DNA from: an uncultured archaeon
GTDB lineage: Archaea > Iainarchaeota > Iainarchaeia > Iainarchaeales > CSSED10-239
NCBI GenBank assembly: GCA_964463155.1
Contig: CAYXAY010000001.1
Coordinates: forward strand, 1,407 to 65,406
Length of the DNA stretch: 64,000 nt
Direction: 5' to 3'
The notes under the pieces were generated by a model. The model was not told where the DNA came from. It saw nothing but the letters and a program-made list of their open reading frames with translations, and searched no databases. This document shows, piece after piece, positions 28,981-38,935 of the stretch (within the stretch, counting starts at the first letter, position 1; every line of letters begins with the position of its first letter). A program made the position numbers and the translations under genes.

Positions 28981-30066
28981 ATGAAAGTAATTACAGAAAA
29001 GAACTATAAAAAATTAATGTTAATACCATTAATAATAGCAATAATTTGTTTGTTCCTGATATTTGTACATCCAAAGGTACATAGAGGAATAGACCTAAAA
29101 GGAGGAAACCAATTGATCCTAAGACATGAAGGAGAATCAATAGAGCATTCAACCCTTGAGAGCATAATCCGGCAAAACTATTCATTAAAAGAAGTATCAA
29201 TTAACGAGACAACTGGACCTGGAAGCATAGGACTAATAATAGAGTATTCAAACAGCCCAGAGATAGAGAACGCAAAGCTTTCAAGAAATAGACTTGATTT
29301 TAAAAATTCAAATATTGAGGACCTAAAAGTAAAATCAAAAGATGTATTGTCTCCTCTTCTTGCAAAAAAATACATTTCTCAAAAAGAAATAGATTACATT
29401 GATGATTTAAAAAACAAAGAAGACCTAAAAAATTATGTCACTGAAACAATAATTCTTGCAAATAATAATTTTAATAATTCTTTAGTAAACCTAGTAAAAT
29501 CTGAATTAAAGCTAGGAGAAGAAGCAAGAATCCAGACAAGAGAGATTTCAGCAACTCTTGGTAAAGACTTTGTAAAGTCTTCAATAACAGTAGGAATAAT
29601 TGCTTTTACTCTTCTAACAATAGTAATATTATTGTTCTTTAGGGAAATAATTCCTTCTGGATTAATTATCTTTGCTGCAATATTTGATATCCTTGTAGGT
29701 CTTGCAGGAATGGCATTAATAGGTTTGCCACTGGGCCTAACAACAATTCCTGCCCTATTGATGCTTATTGGTTATTCTGTTGACACAGATATTCTTCTAA
29801 GCACAAAGTTATTAAAGCACAGGACAACAGACCCATACACAGCAGCAAACGATTCAATGAAAACAGGACTAACGATGACGATAACAACTCTAGCAACAGT
29901 TCTAGTGATGATGGTTGTTGCTTACTTTACTCAAATGCTTGTGGTTTTGGAAATCGCAGTGATTTTGTTCTTTGGTTTACTTGGAGACTTAATATCAACA
30001 TGGTTCTTCAATGCGTCAGCATTAATATCTTATGTTAAACACAAGGAGAAAAAAAGTCAAATTTAA
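28981..30066 (+). CDS. secF: Protein-export membrane protein SecF
   Basis: N-terminal TM then GIDLKGG motif, C-terminal 5-TM RND-like bundle; 361 aa; adjacent to SecD. Confidence 0.65.
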   Translation: MKVITEKNYKKLMLIPLIIAIICLFLIFVHPKVHRGIDLKGGNQLILRHEGESIEHSTLESIIRQNYSLKEVSINETTGPGSIGLIIEYSNSPEIENAKLSRNRLDFKNSNIEDLKVKSKDVLSPLLAKKYISQKEIDYIDDLKNKEDLKNYVTETIILANNNFNNSLVNLVKSELKLGEEARIQTREISATLGKDFVKSSITVGIIAFTLLTIVILLFFREIIPSGLIIFAAIFDILVGLAGMALIGLPLGLTTIPALLMLIGYSVDTDILLSTKLLKHRTTDPYTAANDSMKTGLTMTITTLATVLVMMVVAYFTQMLVVLEIAVILFFGLLGDLISTWFFNASALISYVKHKEKKSQI

Positions 30067-30083
30067 AAAAGGGGTTTTTCAAA

Positions 30084-31724
30084 ATGAAAAGTTTATTAAA
30101 AAGACCAAGAATCATAATTTGGATTTTAATTGTAATAATAGCAATAGTACTACTAGCAACAAAGGGACTACAATATGGTGTTGATTTTTCTGGGGGAACA
30201 GCATTTCAAATAGTTCTGGAAAAGCCTGTTGAGCAAAACGAGATGCCACGTGTTGTTGCAGTAATCTCAAGAAGACTTGACTGGGCAGGACTAAAGGATG
30301 CCAAAGTGACTTCAGCAGGTAACCAGTATATAACTGCTCAGCTTGCAGAGTCTGATCCTGATGAGATTGCTAGACTTAAAAACACTCTTTTAAAACAAGG
30401 TAAGTTTGAGGCCATCCTTGATGGAGAAGTGTTGTTTGTTGGTGAGGATATAAGAACGGTCTATAAAGACCCAGCAAGAGGGTATGGTATTCAGACAATA
30501 GACAAGTCCGGCGCAAGCCAATGGGTACTGCCATTTATGCTTTCTCCTGAAGCATCTAGAAGGTTTGCAGAAATGGCTTTCCACAAATGCACCCCAACAG
30601 GCTATGAAAACAAAAAAGTTACTTATGATTGTGAAAAAACATATTTCTTTATTGACAGACCAACTGATGCAATAATACTTGTTGATTATGAAACATATGT
30701 TGATGAAAAACAAGTCCCTGCGTCTCCAGAACTTGAAAACAGCGATATGATTCCTTTTGAAGAGATTGTTTCTCAATTAAACACAAACTATTACATTGTT
30801 GATAATAATCTAAGTTCAGAACAGCTTACAAAGATAACTGTGGATTTAAAAACCCATTCAAAAGCAATTGTTTCTTCTTCAATTTCTCAAAGCGTAAGAA
30901 ACCAACTTTTACAATTAGGATATAAAGTAGTTGTTATTAACAAACCCGAAACCCAACCGTGGGTTTGGGAAGCAACAGGCCTAAAGTCAGTTATTTCATT
31001 AACAGAAGGAGTAGCAAACATGTCTGCGCCATCAACAACGTCTTCAAAATTTGAAATATTTAATAATCTAACAATAACAGGAACCGCAGCAAGCCAAGAG
31101 GACGCAAAAGAAAGGCTTGATGATTTATTAGTTATTCTAGAATCAGGCTCTCTTCCAATACCAATAGAAAGCATAAGCACAGAATCTATTTCTCCATTCC
31201 TTGGGAAGGAGTTCTTGCATAATTCAGTATGGATTGGCTTATTTGCATTATTAACTGTTGCGTTGGTATTATTCATAAGATACAGAGTATTCTTATTAAC
31301 TATTCCAATACTTCTAGCAGACATTTCAGAAGTATTAATAGTTCTTGGTTTCTTGTCATTGATACAGTTCAGGCTTGATCTTGCAACGATTGCAGGAATT
31401 CTTGCAACAATAGGTACCGCAGTTGATCACAAAGTAATAATTACTGATGAGCTATTAAAGGGAGAAGGAAAAGACCACTCAAGTTCAGAAAGTGTAACAA
31501 CAAAAGTAAGAAAGGCGTTTTTCATTATCTTTGCTGCTGTTGCTACGGTCTTTGCAACAATGCTACCAATAATTTTCTTTAATGTTGGTTTAAGCAAGCT
31601 TGTTGGTTTTGCAATAACAATAATGGTCGGTTCATTAATTGGCATCTTGATAACTAGACCGGCCTATGCAGAGCTTGCAAAAGAGATTGTTCTTCTGCAG
31701 AAAATAAAACACGAAAAAAAGTAG
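30084..31724 (+). CDS. secD: Protein-export membrane protein SecD
   Basis: GVDFSGGT motif after first TM, large periplasmic domain, C-terminal TM bundle; 546 aa. Confidence 0.7.
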   Translation: MKSLLKRPRIIIWILIVIIAIVLLATKGLQYGVDFSGGTAFQIVLEKPVEQNEMPRVVAVISRRLDWAGLKDAKVTSAGNQYITAQLAESDPDEIARLKNTLLKQGKFEAILDGEVLFVGEDIRTVYKDPARGYGIQTIDKSGASQWVLPFMLSPEASRRFAEMAFHKCTPTGYENKKVTYDCEKTYFFIDRPTDAIILVDYETYVDEKQVPASPELENSDMIPFEEIVSQLNTNYYIVDNNLSSEQLTKITVDLKTHSKAIVSSSISQSVRNQLLQLGYKVVVINKPETQPWVWEATGLKSVISLTEGVANMSAPSTTSSKFEIFNNLTITGTAASQEDAKERLDDLLVILESGSLPIPIESISTESISPFLGKEFLHNSVWIGLFALLTVALVLFIRYRVFLLTIPILLADISEVLIVLGFLSLIQFRLDLATIAGILATIGTAVDHKVIITDELLKGEGKDHSSSESVTTKVRKAFFIIFAAVATVFATMLPIIFFNVGLSKLVGFAITIMVGSLIGILITRPAYAELAKEIVLLQKIKHEKK

Positions 31725-31890
31725 TAAAACAATTGAAAAAATACTAAACAAGAACATGTAATTTTTTTCTAACAAACGGCTTTTACCACCACCAGTATAT
31801 GGTCAATTAATATACAAAATAGAATAATTGTATTCTTCCTTTTCTTTTTCAAACAAAAGAGCATTTAATTTTTGGATTTATTTTACATCC

Positions 31891-32337
31891 TTAATGTTTG
31901 CTTTTCTTATTTGCATTTTTTTCACCAACACAAATCTTTACAAGCCAAACAACAATTGCTGCCGTGAAAAACCATGAAAAGACATGCACGATGTTTGCAA
32001 TACCAATGTTATCAGCAAGCATAACTACAATTATTCTTATTAAATTAACAAGCCACAAAAGGATCACACTAGCAACTACAACTTTTGCTTCTGGCTTAAT
32101 CGTAATAGCCAAAAACCCAGCAATCACAGCTAGATAAGTAGAAATAGAAACAATTCCGGAGCAATAAATAACAAACTCAAAATTATTGTAATTAACAATG
32201 TCTCGCAGTACTAATTTGATTAGGCTTTCTTCAATACCAACCAATATGTTTCCAAAAACATAAACTCCAAGAAGCAGTAATAAAGCATAAGCAATAATGA
32301 AGCCCACAATAAAGATTATCTTTTCTTTTGTTTCCAT
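31891..32337 (-). CDS. Small polytopic membrane protein (possible archaeosortase/exosortase-family relative; weak)
   Basis: 148 aa, 4 TM, conserved-looking CSG motif; assignment speculative. Confidence 0.3.
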   Translation of the reverse strand: METKEKIIFIVGFIIAYALLLLLGVYVFGNILVGIEESLIKLVLRDIVNYNNFEFVIYCSGIVSISTYLAVIAGFLAITIKPEAKVVVASVILLWLVNLIRIIVVMLADNIGIANIVHVFSWFFTAAIVVWLVKICVGEKNANKKSKH

Positions 32338-32390
32338 TACATAAAATATATAAACACAAATATTTTTTAATGGTTGTCTGTGATTATGTG

Positions 32391-32428
32391 TTCATTTGTA
32401 ATGAACAACAGTGTTCATCAGTAATGAA
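32391..32428. promoter_or_regulatory. Two tandem palindromic operator-like sites TTCAT-N5-ATGAA
   Basis: gtgTTCATttgtaATGAAcaacagtgTTCATcagtaATGAA, centres 23 bp apart, 54-91 nt upstream of minus-strand gene start at 32337. Confidence 0.4.
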
Positions 32429-32578
32429 AACCGCTATATACTAATTAGCAAGTGGTTATTAAGTGCCTTAAAAAAATTCAATCTAAAGGAAGGAATAATT
32501 CTTACAATTAATCAAGAAGGCATTATAAAAGAAAAAGAATTTAAAATACAAGTAATTCCAGTGTGGAAGTGGCTTACT

Positions 32579-33232
32579 TTAAATCAAATAAAGAGCAAGC
32601 ATTGAAAATCCGCCAATAATAAGTGTTGTCAAGAAATTAGTCTGGCTATTGTCAAGATAACCCGCGGTCTCCAAAGTTGCACCAATAACACTATCAACAA
32701 GGCTTCCAATTATTCCAAATGCAGATATGATAATTGCAATCTTAATATCAACCTTAAATATATAATAAAAAAAAACAAAAGTTATTGCTGAAACAAACAA
32801 TGCAGCAAGTAACCCTAAGATAGTTATCCCACCATTAGTTCCGTGCTCCACTTCCTTAAAGTTAGTGATTAACCATGGCTTTTTCTTTGAAAGCCTTCCA
32901 ATCTCTGAAGACATGGTGTCAGAAAAAGCAGCACAAATAGTTGAAGCCGCTGCATAAATCTGTCCAAAAACCACTAAAATAGTTCCAACAAGACAATTAC
33001 CCAAAAGATTAACATAGCTTCTTTTTTCTTTTTTATTTTGAGTAATTATTGTTATTCCCTCAGCTAAGCAAAAATATAATAAAAGATAAATAAAAAGCAT
33101 TTCTTTTCCAAAATACAAGAAAAGTCCCGACATTCCAAATATTATAGAAATAGTAAATATATCATACTTCTTTGTTATCCAAAGAACAATTCCAAGAACA
33201 TAAAAAAAAAGAAAATAGAATATGAAGTTCAT
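32579..33232 (-). CDS. DUF92/TMEM19-family integral membrane protein
   Basis: FSDTMSSEIG motif and GG-rich TM helices typical of DUF92. Confidence 0.5.
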   Translation of the reverse strand: MNFIFYFLFFYVLGIVLWITKKYDIFTISIIFGMSGLFLYFGKEMLFIYLLLYFCLAEGITIITQNKKEKRSYVNLLGNCLVGTILVVFGQIYAAASTICAAFSDTMSSEIGRLSKKKPWLITNFKEVEHGTNGGITILGLLAALFVSAITFVFFYYIFKVDIKIAIIISAFGIIGSLVDSVIGATLETAGYLDNSQTNFLTTLIIGGFSMLALYLI

Positions 33233-33242
33233 ATTTCCTCTA

Positions 33243-33812
33243 TCATACTAATGTGGCTTTGATTATCATGACTTTATTAATGTAACCAAACTTTATTAGT
33301 TTTGCCTTACATTTTTCTGAAAGATGTTGAAATATAATGTCATTCCAGTTTTCTTTTGTAGTCTTTGCTGAAATCTCTTCTTTAAAAAAATCAACAATTG
33401 CTTTTCTTGTCTGCGTTCTTAATGGGGTTGTAAATTTTGCGCCGGTTATTGCCATTACTTTTATCTTTAATTTGCTTCCATCCTTTGTTGCAACATAGAA
33501 AACAGGTTCGATTTTTGACTTTTGTCTTCTTATCATTCTTCTTAAAAATCCGTGTTTAGCTTCAAACAAAGAAATGATGGTGTCAGCTTTAGCTCCTATT
33601 ACCTTGTTAATCTTGAAAGTTACTTCAAAGCTTGAATCTCTGAAGTTTCCTGTTAACTCATTTAATCCTTTTTTGATATTTCTACCAATTAGGTTTTTTG
33701 GTAGTATTGCAACAGTCTCTCCAATTTTTTTTTCATCAAATGTGGAGTCTGCAGAAATATCATACCATTTCTTTTTTCTCCAATTATCTACTGTGCTTTT
33801 TTTGTCTGCCAT
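33243..33812 (-). CDS. rps3ae: 30S ribosomal protein S3Ae (eS1)
   Basis: N-term KKSTVDNWRKKKWYDISA... matches S3Ae; 189 aa. Confidence 0.8.
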   Translation of the reverse strand: MADKKSTVDNWRKKKWYDISADSTFDEKKIGETVAILPKNLIGRNIKKGLNELTGNFRDSSFEVTFKINKVIGAKADTIISLFEAKHGFLRRMIRRQKSKIEPVFYVATKDGSKLKIKVMAITGAKFTTPLRTQTRKAIVDFFKEEISAKTTKENWNDIIFQHLSEKCKAKLIKFGYINKVMIIKATLV

Positions 33813-33823
33813 GTTTAAACACC

Positions 33824-34225
33824 CTATTTAACAAGAAGCTTAGCTGAATCGTCTGAGTATCTCCAAGCCCCGTCTATTTTCTTTCTTTTGATATAGTATT
33901 TTCTAAGTCTATTGACTTTTGACACAGTTTTTTTATATCCTCTTTTTGCGCTTGTGTCTTTTTTGTTTTCTTCTTTATGCTTAATCAATTTTACGCTTTT
34001 CTTAATAAGATAAAGTAATTCGTCAGGTAGCTTGTCTTTTTTAAGATTAAGCTCTGCTTGAACCTTCCTAATTTTCTTTCCTGTTGCTTCAAAAACTGAC
34101 TTTACGCCATATTTTTGCTTTAAAATAAGTCCAATTTCTGCTGTTGTCTTACCTTTATTTGTAAGGTATTCTATTTGGTCATAGATTTCCTTCTTTTTAG
34201 TTAGTTCTTTTTTTTCTTCGCTCAT
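33824..34225 (-). CDS. rps15: 30S ribosomal protein S15 (uS15/S13e)
   Basis: C-terminal RLRKYYIKRKKIDGAWRYSDDSAKLLVK matches uS15 terminus. Confidence 0.75.
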   Translation of the reverse strand: MSEEKKELTKKKEIYDQIEYLTNKGKTTAEIGLILKQKYGVKSVFEATGKKIRKVQAELNLKKDKLPDELLYLIKKSVKLIKHKEENKKDTSAKRGYKKTVSKVNRLRKYYIKRKKIDGAWRYSDDSAKLLVK

Positions 34226-34374
34226 TATATCACATTATTTTTCTCTTAATTATCTTCTAGCCTGTGTCGATTAATAGGCGCTAATTAATAAAAAATATAG
34301 CCGCATAAAATAGGTCTATAATATATATATATATTCTTGGGGCGATTTATTTATATATATTATTATTTAGCTTT

Positions 34375-34926
34375 CTATAGATATCTTGCTCTTTTCTCTA
34401 TTTCTGCGATTTTTTCAAGAACTTCTTTGTTCTTATAGCCTTCTGCTATTTCTTTCCAAAACCCCTCTGTCTTCTTGCAAGCAAGAAGGGTTTTTTTAAA
34501 GACTAAAAGGTCAGTAGCTTTATCTTCTATCTTGTTTGAAAGAAAGCCAAGACCAAAGTCTATAAAGTAGATTTTCTTGTCTTTGGTGGTGATGATATTA
34601 ATAAGATTAAGATCTCCATGAATAATTCCAGCATCATGAAGCTTAGCTATTTCTCTTCCAATCTCTTTTGTAAATTTCTTATGCTTACAGGTGTTTTCAA
34701 GTTTCTCCATAACAATATTGTTTTCAGAAACAGAATAGATGATAGGGGTATTAACACCAGCAACTTTTGCGCGTTTTAGAAGCGTAGATTCTTGCTTGTT
34801 TCTAGTCTTAATAAGTTTTTTGTCTAAAACAGGATCACGATAGCTTTTAGAAACTCTTTGCTTAACAATTTTTTTTCCTTCAAGGTAAATAACAGCTTCA
34901 GCGCCCTTGTTTATTTCTTTTTTCAT
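34375..34926 (-). CDS. bud32: Bud32/PRPK-type atypical kinase (KEOPS subunit)
   Basis: GAEAVIY, catalytic HGDLNLINII, DFGLG; 183 aa. Confidence 0.8.
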   Translation of the reverse strand: MKKEINKGAEAVIYLEGKKIVKQRVSKSYRDPVLDKKLIKTRNKQESTLLKRAKVAGVNTPIIYSVSENNIVMEKLENTCKHKKFTKEIGREIAKLHDAGIIHGDLNLINIITTKDKKIYFIDFGLGFLSNKIEDKATDLLVFKKTLLACKKTEGFWKEIAEGYKNKEVLEKIAEIEKRARYL

Positions 34927-34938
34927 GACGTTATCTCT

Positions 34939-35442
34939 TTAACAAATAGGAAGATCTCTAGCAACATCTCTTTGTTCTTCAACAGGGTAATAGTTTTCAA
35001 GCACATCTATATAACGACCCCAACGTATTTTGTCAAGTTTCTTAGAATAAGAGTTTTGGAATTCTTCTAAAACCTTGTCTCTTTCCTGAATTTGCATTTC
35101 AATCTTTGCAAGAGTGGTTCTAGTTACACATTGATTTTCAGTGATTGCATATCTTACAAGCCTATCTATCTTTTTTGCGTCCTCATAAAGATAAACATAA
35201 TCAACAATGGGTTTAGTGTATTTTTCAGCACCAACGCCCATTAACTCAGAAACATATGCTTGATAGTCTCCAGGAATCAAATAACTGCCAGCAATGTAAT
35301 ATTTCTCATTAATAGCAGATATCTTGTTTATCTGATAATTAGATATAAACATTATCAAGGCATAGACAAGCACAACAGCGATCATTATAACAATAAGTCC
35401 TCCTAAAAAGGTTTTTTTGTTTCTTGTGTGTGCTAATGACAT
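34939..35442 (-). CDS. Hypothetical N-terminally membrane-anchored protein
   Basis: 167 aa, single N-terminal TM; no recognised motifs. Confidence 0.35.
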   Translation of the reverse strand: MSLAHTRNKKTFLGGLIVIMIAVVLVYALIMFISNYQINKISAINEKYYIAGSYLIPGDYQAYVSELMGVGAEKYTKPIVDYVYLYEDAKKIDRLVRYAITENQCVTRTTLAKIEMQIQERDKVLEEFQNSYSKKLDKIRWGRYIDVLENYYPVEEQRDVARDLPIC

Positions 35443-37812
35443 TTATATCACTTCAATATTATCATTATTTAGATACCGAATATTTAAAACATTATGTGTT
35501 TTTAGTATGTCCCTTTCCATAGTCTTATATTTGTCATTTATCTTTAATTCTTTGATTTCGTCCTTTAATGACAAGTTATTGTCTTTTTTAAATTTCCAAA
35601 TTGCATTATTTAGGTTTTCAATATCCTCAAAGTTCAAGGTGCTTGTAAAGCTTTCAATTTTTGGAAATTCGTTTTTGTTAGGGTCATTTTCATAAAGTAC
35701 CAATAATATCTTTTGTGTAGTGAAAGGAATGATTGGAAACAACAATAGTAATAGTCTTTTAAGACAATAGTTCAATGTATCTATGCTTGCATTTTGTTCT
35801 TCCTTACTAAACTTTTTATCTTGATTATAGGCCCTGCTCTTAACCAGTTCAAGATAATGTGATGATAGGGTTGTCCACAAAAAGTATTTCAGCTTAACAA
35901 TAGGGTTATGAAAATCATAAGCATTATATTTTTTATCACAATAATCAATCAATTCATTTACTTCTTTTAACATTGCTTTATCAAGTTCAGAGAATTCTGA
36001 AACCGTTCCATCAATTCTCTTAAACTGCGAAATAAACTTAGCAACATTCCAAAGCTTGTTTAATGTTTTTTGCTCGCTTGAGATCCGATTCTTTGAACAT
36101 TTCAAGTCCTTCTCATTAAGATTTCCTTCATCTGCCGCCCAAAGCCTTAAAGATTCCGCTCCAAAGTTTCTTAATATCTCTTGTGGGTCAATAACATTAC
36201 CTGAAGACTTTGCCAGCTTGTTTCCTTTTTCATCAACAATATGCTGATGTATATAAACATCATCAAAGATGACATTTCCAGTTAAAAGATAACATTTCAA
36301 AAGCGTATAATGAAGCCAGGTTCTAACAATTTCTTTTCCTTGTGGTCTCAAAGTACAGATTGGATGTTTTTTATAAAACTCGCTTCCATAATCCAAAACA
36401 AACAAAGGAGATATTGATGAGTCAAACCAAGTATCAAATACTCTAGTTTCTCCTTCTATCTCTTGGCTTTGGCATTTAGGGCATTTCTTGACTGGCGCCT
36501 CTTCTTTCCAAGGCTTAACATATTTTCCTTTTTCTCCAAGGATGCCTTCTTTACAGTTTTTACAATACCATATAGGTATTTCAGTAGCATAATATCTTCT
36601 TCTTGAGATTGGCCAATCAATTGAAACAACTTCTAGCCAATCAAGTAAGATTTTCTTTGTTGCAGGATTAGTGAAGTTTACCTTTTCTGCAATTTTTTTC
36701 ATCTGTTCAATATATTCTGTTTGCTTTAAATAATATTCCTTCATTGAGATAAACTCAATCTCGTGTTTTGATCTCTCACAGATTGGAACCTTGTGCCGTA
36801 TTATCTTTTCTTCAGTTATCAATCCTTTTTTTTTAAGCTCTTCAACCATCTTTTTCCTTGCGTCTTTAACAGTTAAGCCTTTTAAAAATTCAGCGTTTTC
36901 GTTCATGCAACCGGTAATGTCAATAGATATTATAGGTTTAATACCTTGCTCAATAAAAAACCTGATATCTGAGTAGTCTCCAGCAGAGCACATCATGACA
37001 AGACCAGTGCCTTTGTCGGTTTTTGCCATTGGGTGTGATTTGATTGCTACTTCTTTATTAAACAAAGGAGAGATTGTTGTCTTTCCTTCAAGCTTCTGCC
37101 ACCGCTCATCTTCAGGGTTAAATATTACCATTCCAAGTGAACAAACAAGTTCAGGTCTAGTTGTTGCTATTGGTATTTTTTCGGAAGTTTCCTTAACTTC
37201 AAACAATATTGTATAAAACTTAGAATCAACAACATCATAGTCGATCTCTGAGTCTGCAAGTGTTGTCTTACAGCCAGGACAATAGTTAGTTACTTTTTCA
37301 TCAAGATAAATTAGTCCTTTTTTATAAAGCTCAATAAATGTTTCTTGTGTTAATGCCCTGTACTTATCTGAGTCTGTCTTGTAAATTGCTCCAAGCTTTT
37401 CGTTTTCCTTATATTCATTAAATGATATTCCGAGCTTGTAAAATGTGTCTGTTGTTTCAGAAGAGGTTTCTTCTAGAATTTTTTTACAATACTCAATATA
37501 TGTTTCTCTGTCTGTGTTTAAAATTGAAATATTAAACTTTTTTTCTGCAGCCATCTCAATAGGAAGTCCGTTTCTATCAAGTCCCAAAGGAAACAAGACA
37601 TTAAATCCTTTAAGTCTTTTGTATCTTGATATAAAGTCCATGATTGAATAAGTGGATGCATGTCCAATATGAACTGGGCTATTAATATATGGTGGGGGGG
37701 TATCTATACTATAGACTGGTTTATTATTTTCTTTAAATTCAAAAGTCCTATTATCAATTTCTTTCTTTATGATTTCCTTTTCAAGTTCTTTGTTCCATTT
37801 ATCAAATGCCAT
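35443..37812 (-). CDS. valS: Class Ia aminoacyl-tRNA synthetase, most likely valyl-tRNA synthetase (compact 789 aa)
   Basis: DTPPPYINSPVHIGHASTY (HIGH), DWPISRRRYY, KLAKSSGN (KMSKS); Val/Leu/Ile family, ValRS favoured by TPPP-HIGH context. Confidence 0.6.
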   Translation of the reverse strand: MAFDKWNKELEKEIIKKEIDNRTFEFKENNKPVYSIDTPPPYINSPVHIGHASTYSIMDFISRYKRLKGFNVLFPLGLDRNGLPIEMAAEKKFNISILNTDRETYIEYCKKILEETSSETTDTFYKLGISFNEYKENEKLGAIYKTDSDKYRALTQETFIELYKKGLIYLDEKVTNYCPGCKTTLADSEIDYDVVDSKFYTILFEVKETSEKIPIATTRPELVCSLGMVIFNPEDERWQKLEGKTTISPLFNKEVAIKSHPMAKTDKGTGLVMMCSAGDYSDIRFFIEQGIKPIISIDITGCMNENAEFLKGLTVKDARKKMVEELKKKGLITEEKIIRHKVPICERSKHEIEFISMKEYYLKQTEYIEQMKKIAEKVNFTNPATKKILLDWLEVVSIDWPISRRRYYATEIPIWYCKNCKEGILGEKGKYVKPWKEEAPVKKCPKCQSQEIEGETRVFDTWFDSSISPLFVLDYGSEFYKKHPICTLRPQGKEIVRTWLHYTLLKCYLLTGNVIFDDVYIHQHIVDEKGNKLAKSSGNVIDPQEILRNFGAESLRLWAADEGNLNEKDLKCSKNRISSEQKTLNKLWNVAKFISQFKRIDGTVSEFSELDKAMLKEVNELIDYCDKKYNAYDFHNPIVKLKYFLWTTLSSHYLELVKSRAYNQDKKFSKEEQNASIDTLNYCLKRLLLLLFPIIPFTTQKILLVLYENDPNKNEFPKIESFTSTLNFEDIENLNNAIWKFKKDNNLSLKDEIKELKINDKYKTMERDILKTHNVLNIRYLNNDNIEVI

Positions 37813-37867
37813 AGGTTATCTCTTTTATATAATATATAATAAATTAACTATTAAAAAACAGTCGCTT

Positions 37868-38497
37868 TTATTTGTTTACCATCTGGATATACTTAATAAC
37901 TGTCTGATAAGCATTTATCTCAGAGATTGTCTGCTGTATCTTTTCAGTTAGCTGGTCAATCTTAACTTGTGCGTTTTCTTTCTTGAACTGTTGCCTTTTT
38001 CGGTTATGATCTCCAATAACATTGTCCTTATAAATAAGTGAGCGATTGACGGTGTCAGAGAGTTTTTTTCTATAATCATAGTCCACTAAAAAAGTATCAG
38101 CAAGTGTCCCATACTCCGGGTCCATCATAACCTCATCAGTAAGCTTACAATTAACAACATCTTCTCTATATTCAGGATTAACTGCTTGTTTAATTTTATG
38201 TTTCCAAAATTTTCCTTTAAAGAATTTAGTTACCTTAATGTTTCTATAATAATTATGTGCCTTGTCTTTTTCTTTCCCCCAAAACCTCTTAAGTCCCTTT
38301 AGCTTGTCTTTTGTTTCAGCCAATTCTGATATCTTTTGTTCCAGGTCTTTAAGCCCTGGGTGTATAATCTTTCCGTTCTCTAAAATTAGGAATTTTTTTT
38401 TTAAAAAAATATCTATATATACCTTATCTTCGTTTTTTTCTAACTTTAGTTCTTGAATAAACGTCTCGTAATTGTTTATTGTTTTGGTTAAAGGCAT
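37868..38497 (-). CDS. Hypothetical protein
   Basis: 209 aa, Lys-rich soluble, no motif recognised. Confidence 0.35.
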   Translation of the reverse strand: MPLTKTINNYETFIQELKLEKNEDKVYIDIFLKKKFLILENGKIIHPGLKDLEQKISELAETKDKLKGLKRFWGKEKDKAHNYYRNIKVTKFFKGKFWKHKIKQAVNPEYREDVVNCKLTDEVMMDPEYGTLADTFLVDYDYRKKLSDTVNRSLIYKDNVIGDHNRKRQQFKKENAQVKIDQLTEKIQQTISEINAYQTVIKYIQMVNK

Positions 38498-38614
38498 GTT
38501 AAATACACTTGAGTTTAGTATAAAAGAATAAATCTAAATGTTTTTAAAGCTTGACAAAAGAACTATTTTTAATGGTTTTCTGTCATAATTTTATATTTAA
38601 AGATGTGAAAAACT

Positions 38615-38935
38615 ATGTTTGGCGGAATAGATCCTAGAAAAATGCAAAGTATGATGAAACAACTGGGAATTGAAAACAAAGAGATTCCTGCAAAGAAAGT
38701 AATAATTGAAACAGATTCTAAAAAGATAATTATAGAAAACCCAACAGTAACAGAAGTGTCAATGCAAGACCAAAAGACCTATCAGATAATAGGGGATGTT
38801 AAAGAAGAAACAGATATCCCAAATGAAGACATTAATATGGTAGTAGAGGCAACTGGTAAATCTGAAAAAGAAGCAAAAGTAGCTCTTGAAAAGACCTCAG
38901 GAGACATAGCTAAAGCCATAGAGTTACTTGGATAA
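38615..38935 (+). CDS. nac: Nascent polypeptide-associated complex alpha subunit (NAC + UBA domain)
   Basis: GIDPRKMQSMMKQLG, NAC beta-barrel, C-terminal UBA (EKEAKVALEKTSGDIAKAIELL). Confidence 0.85.
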   Translation: MFGGIDPRKMQSMMKQLGIENKEIPAKKVIIETDSKKIIIENPTVTEVSMQDQKTYQIIGDVKEETDIPNEDINMVVEATGKSEKEAKVALEKTSGDIAKAIELLG

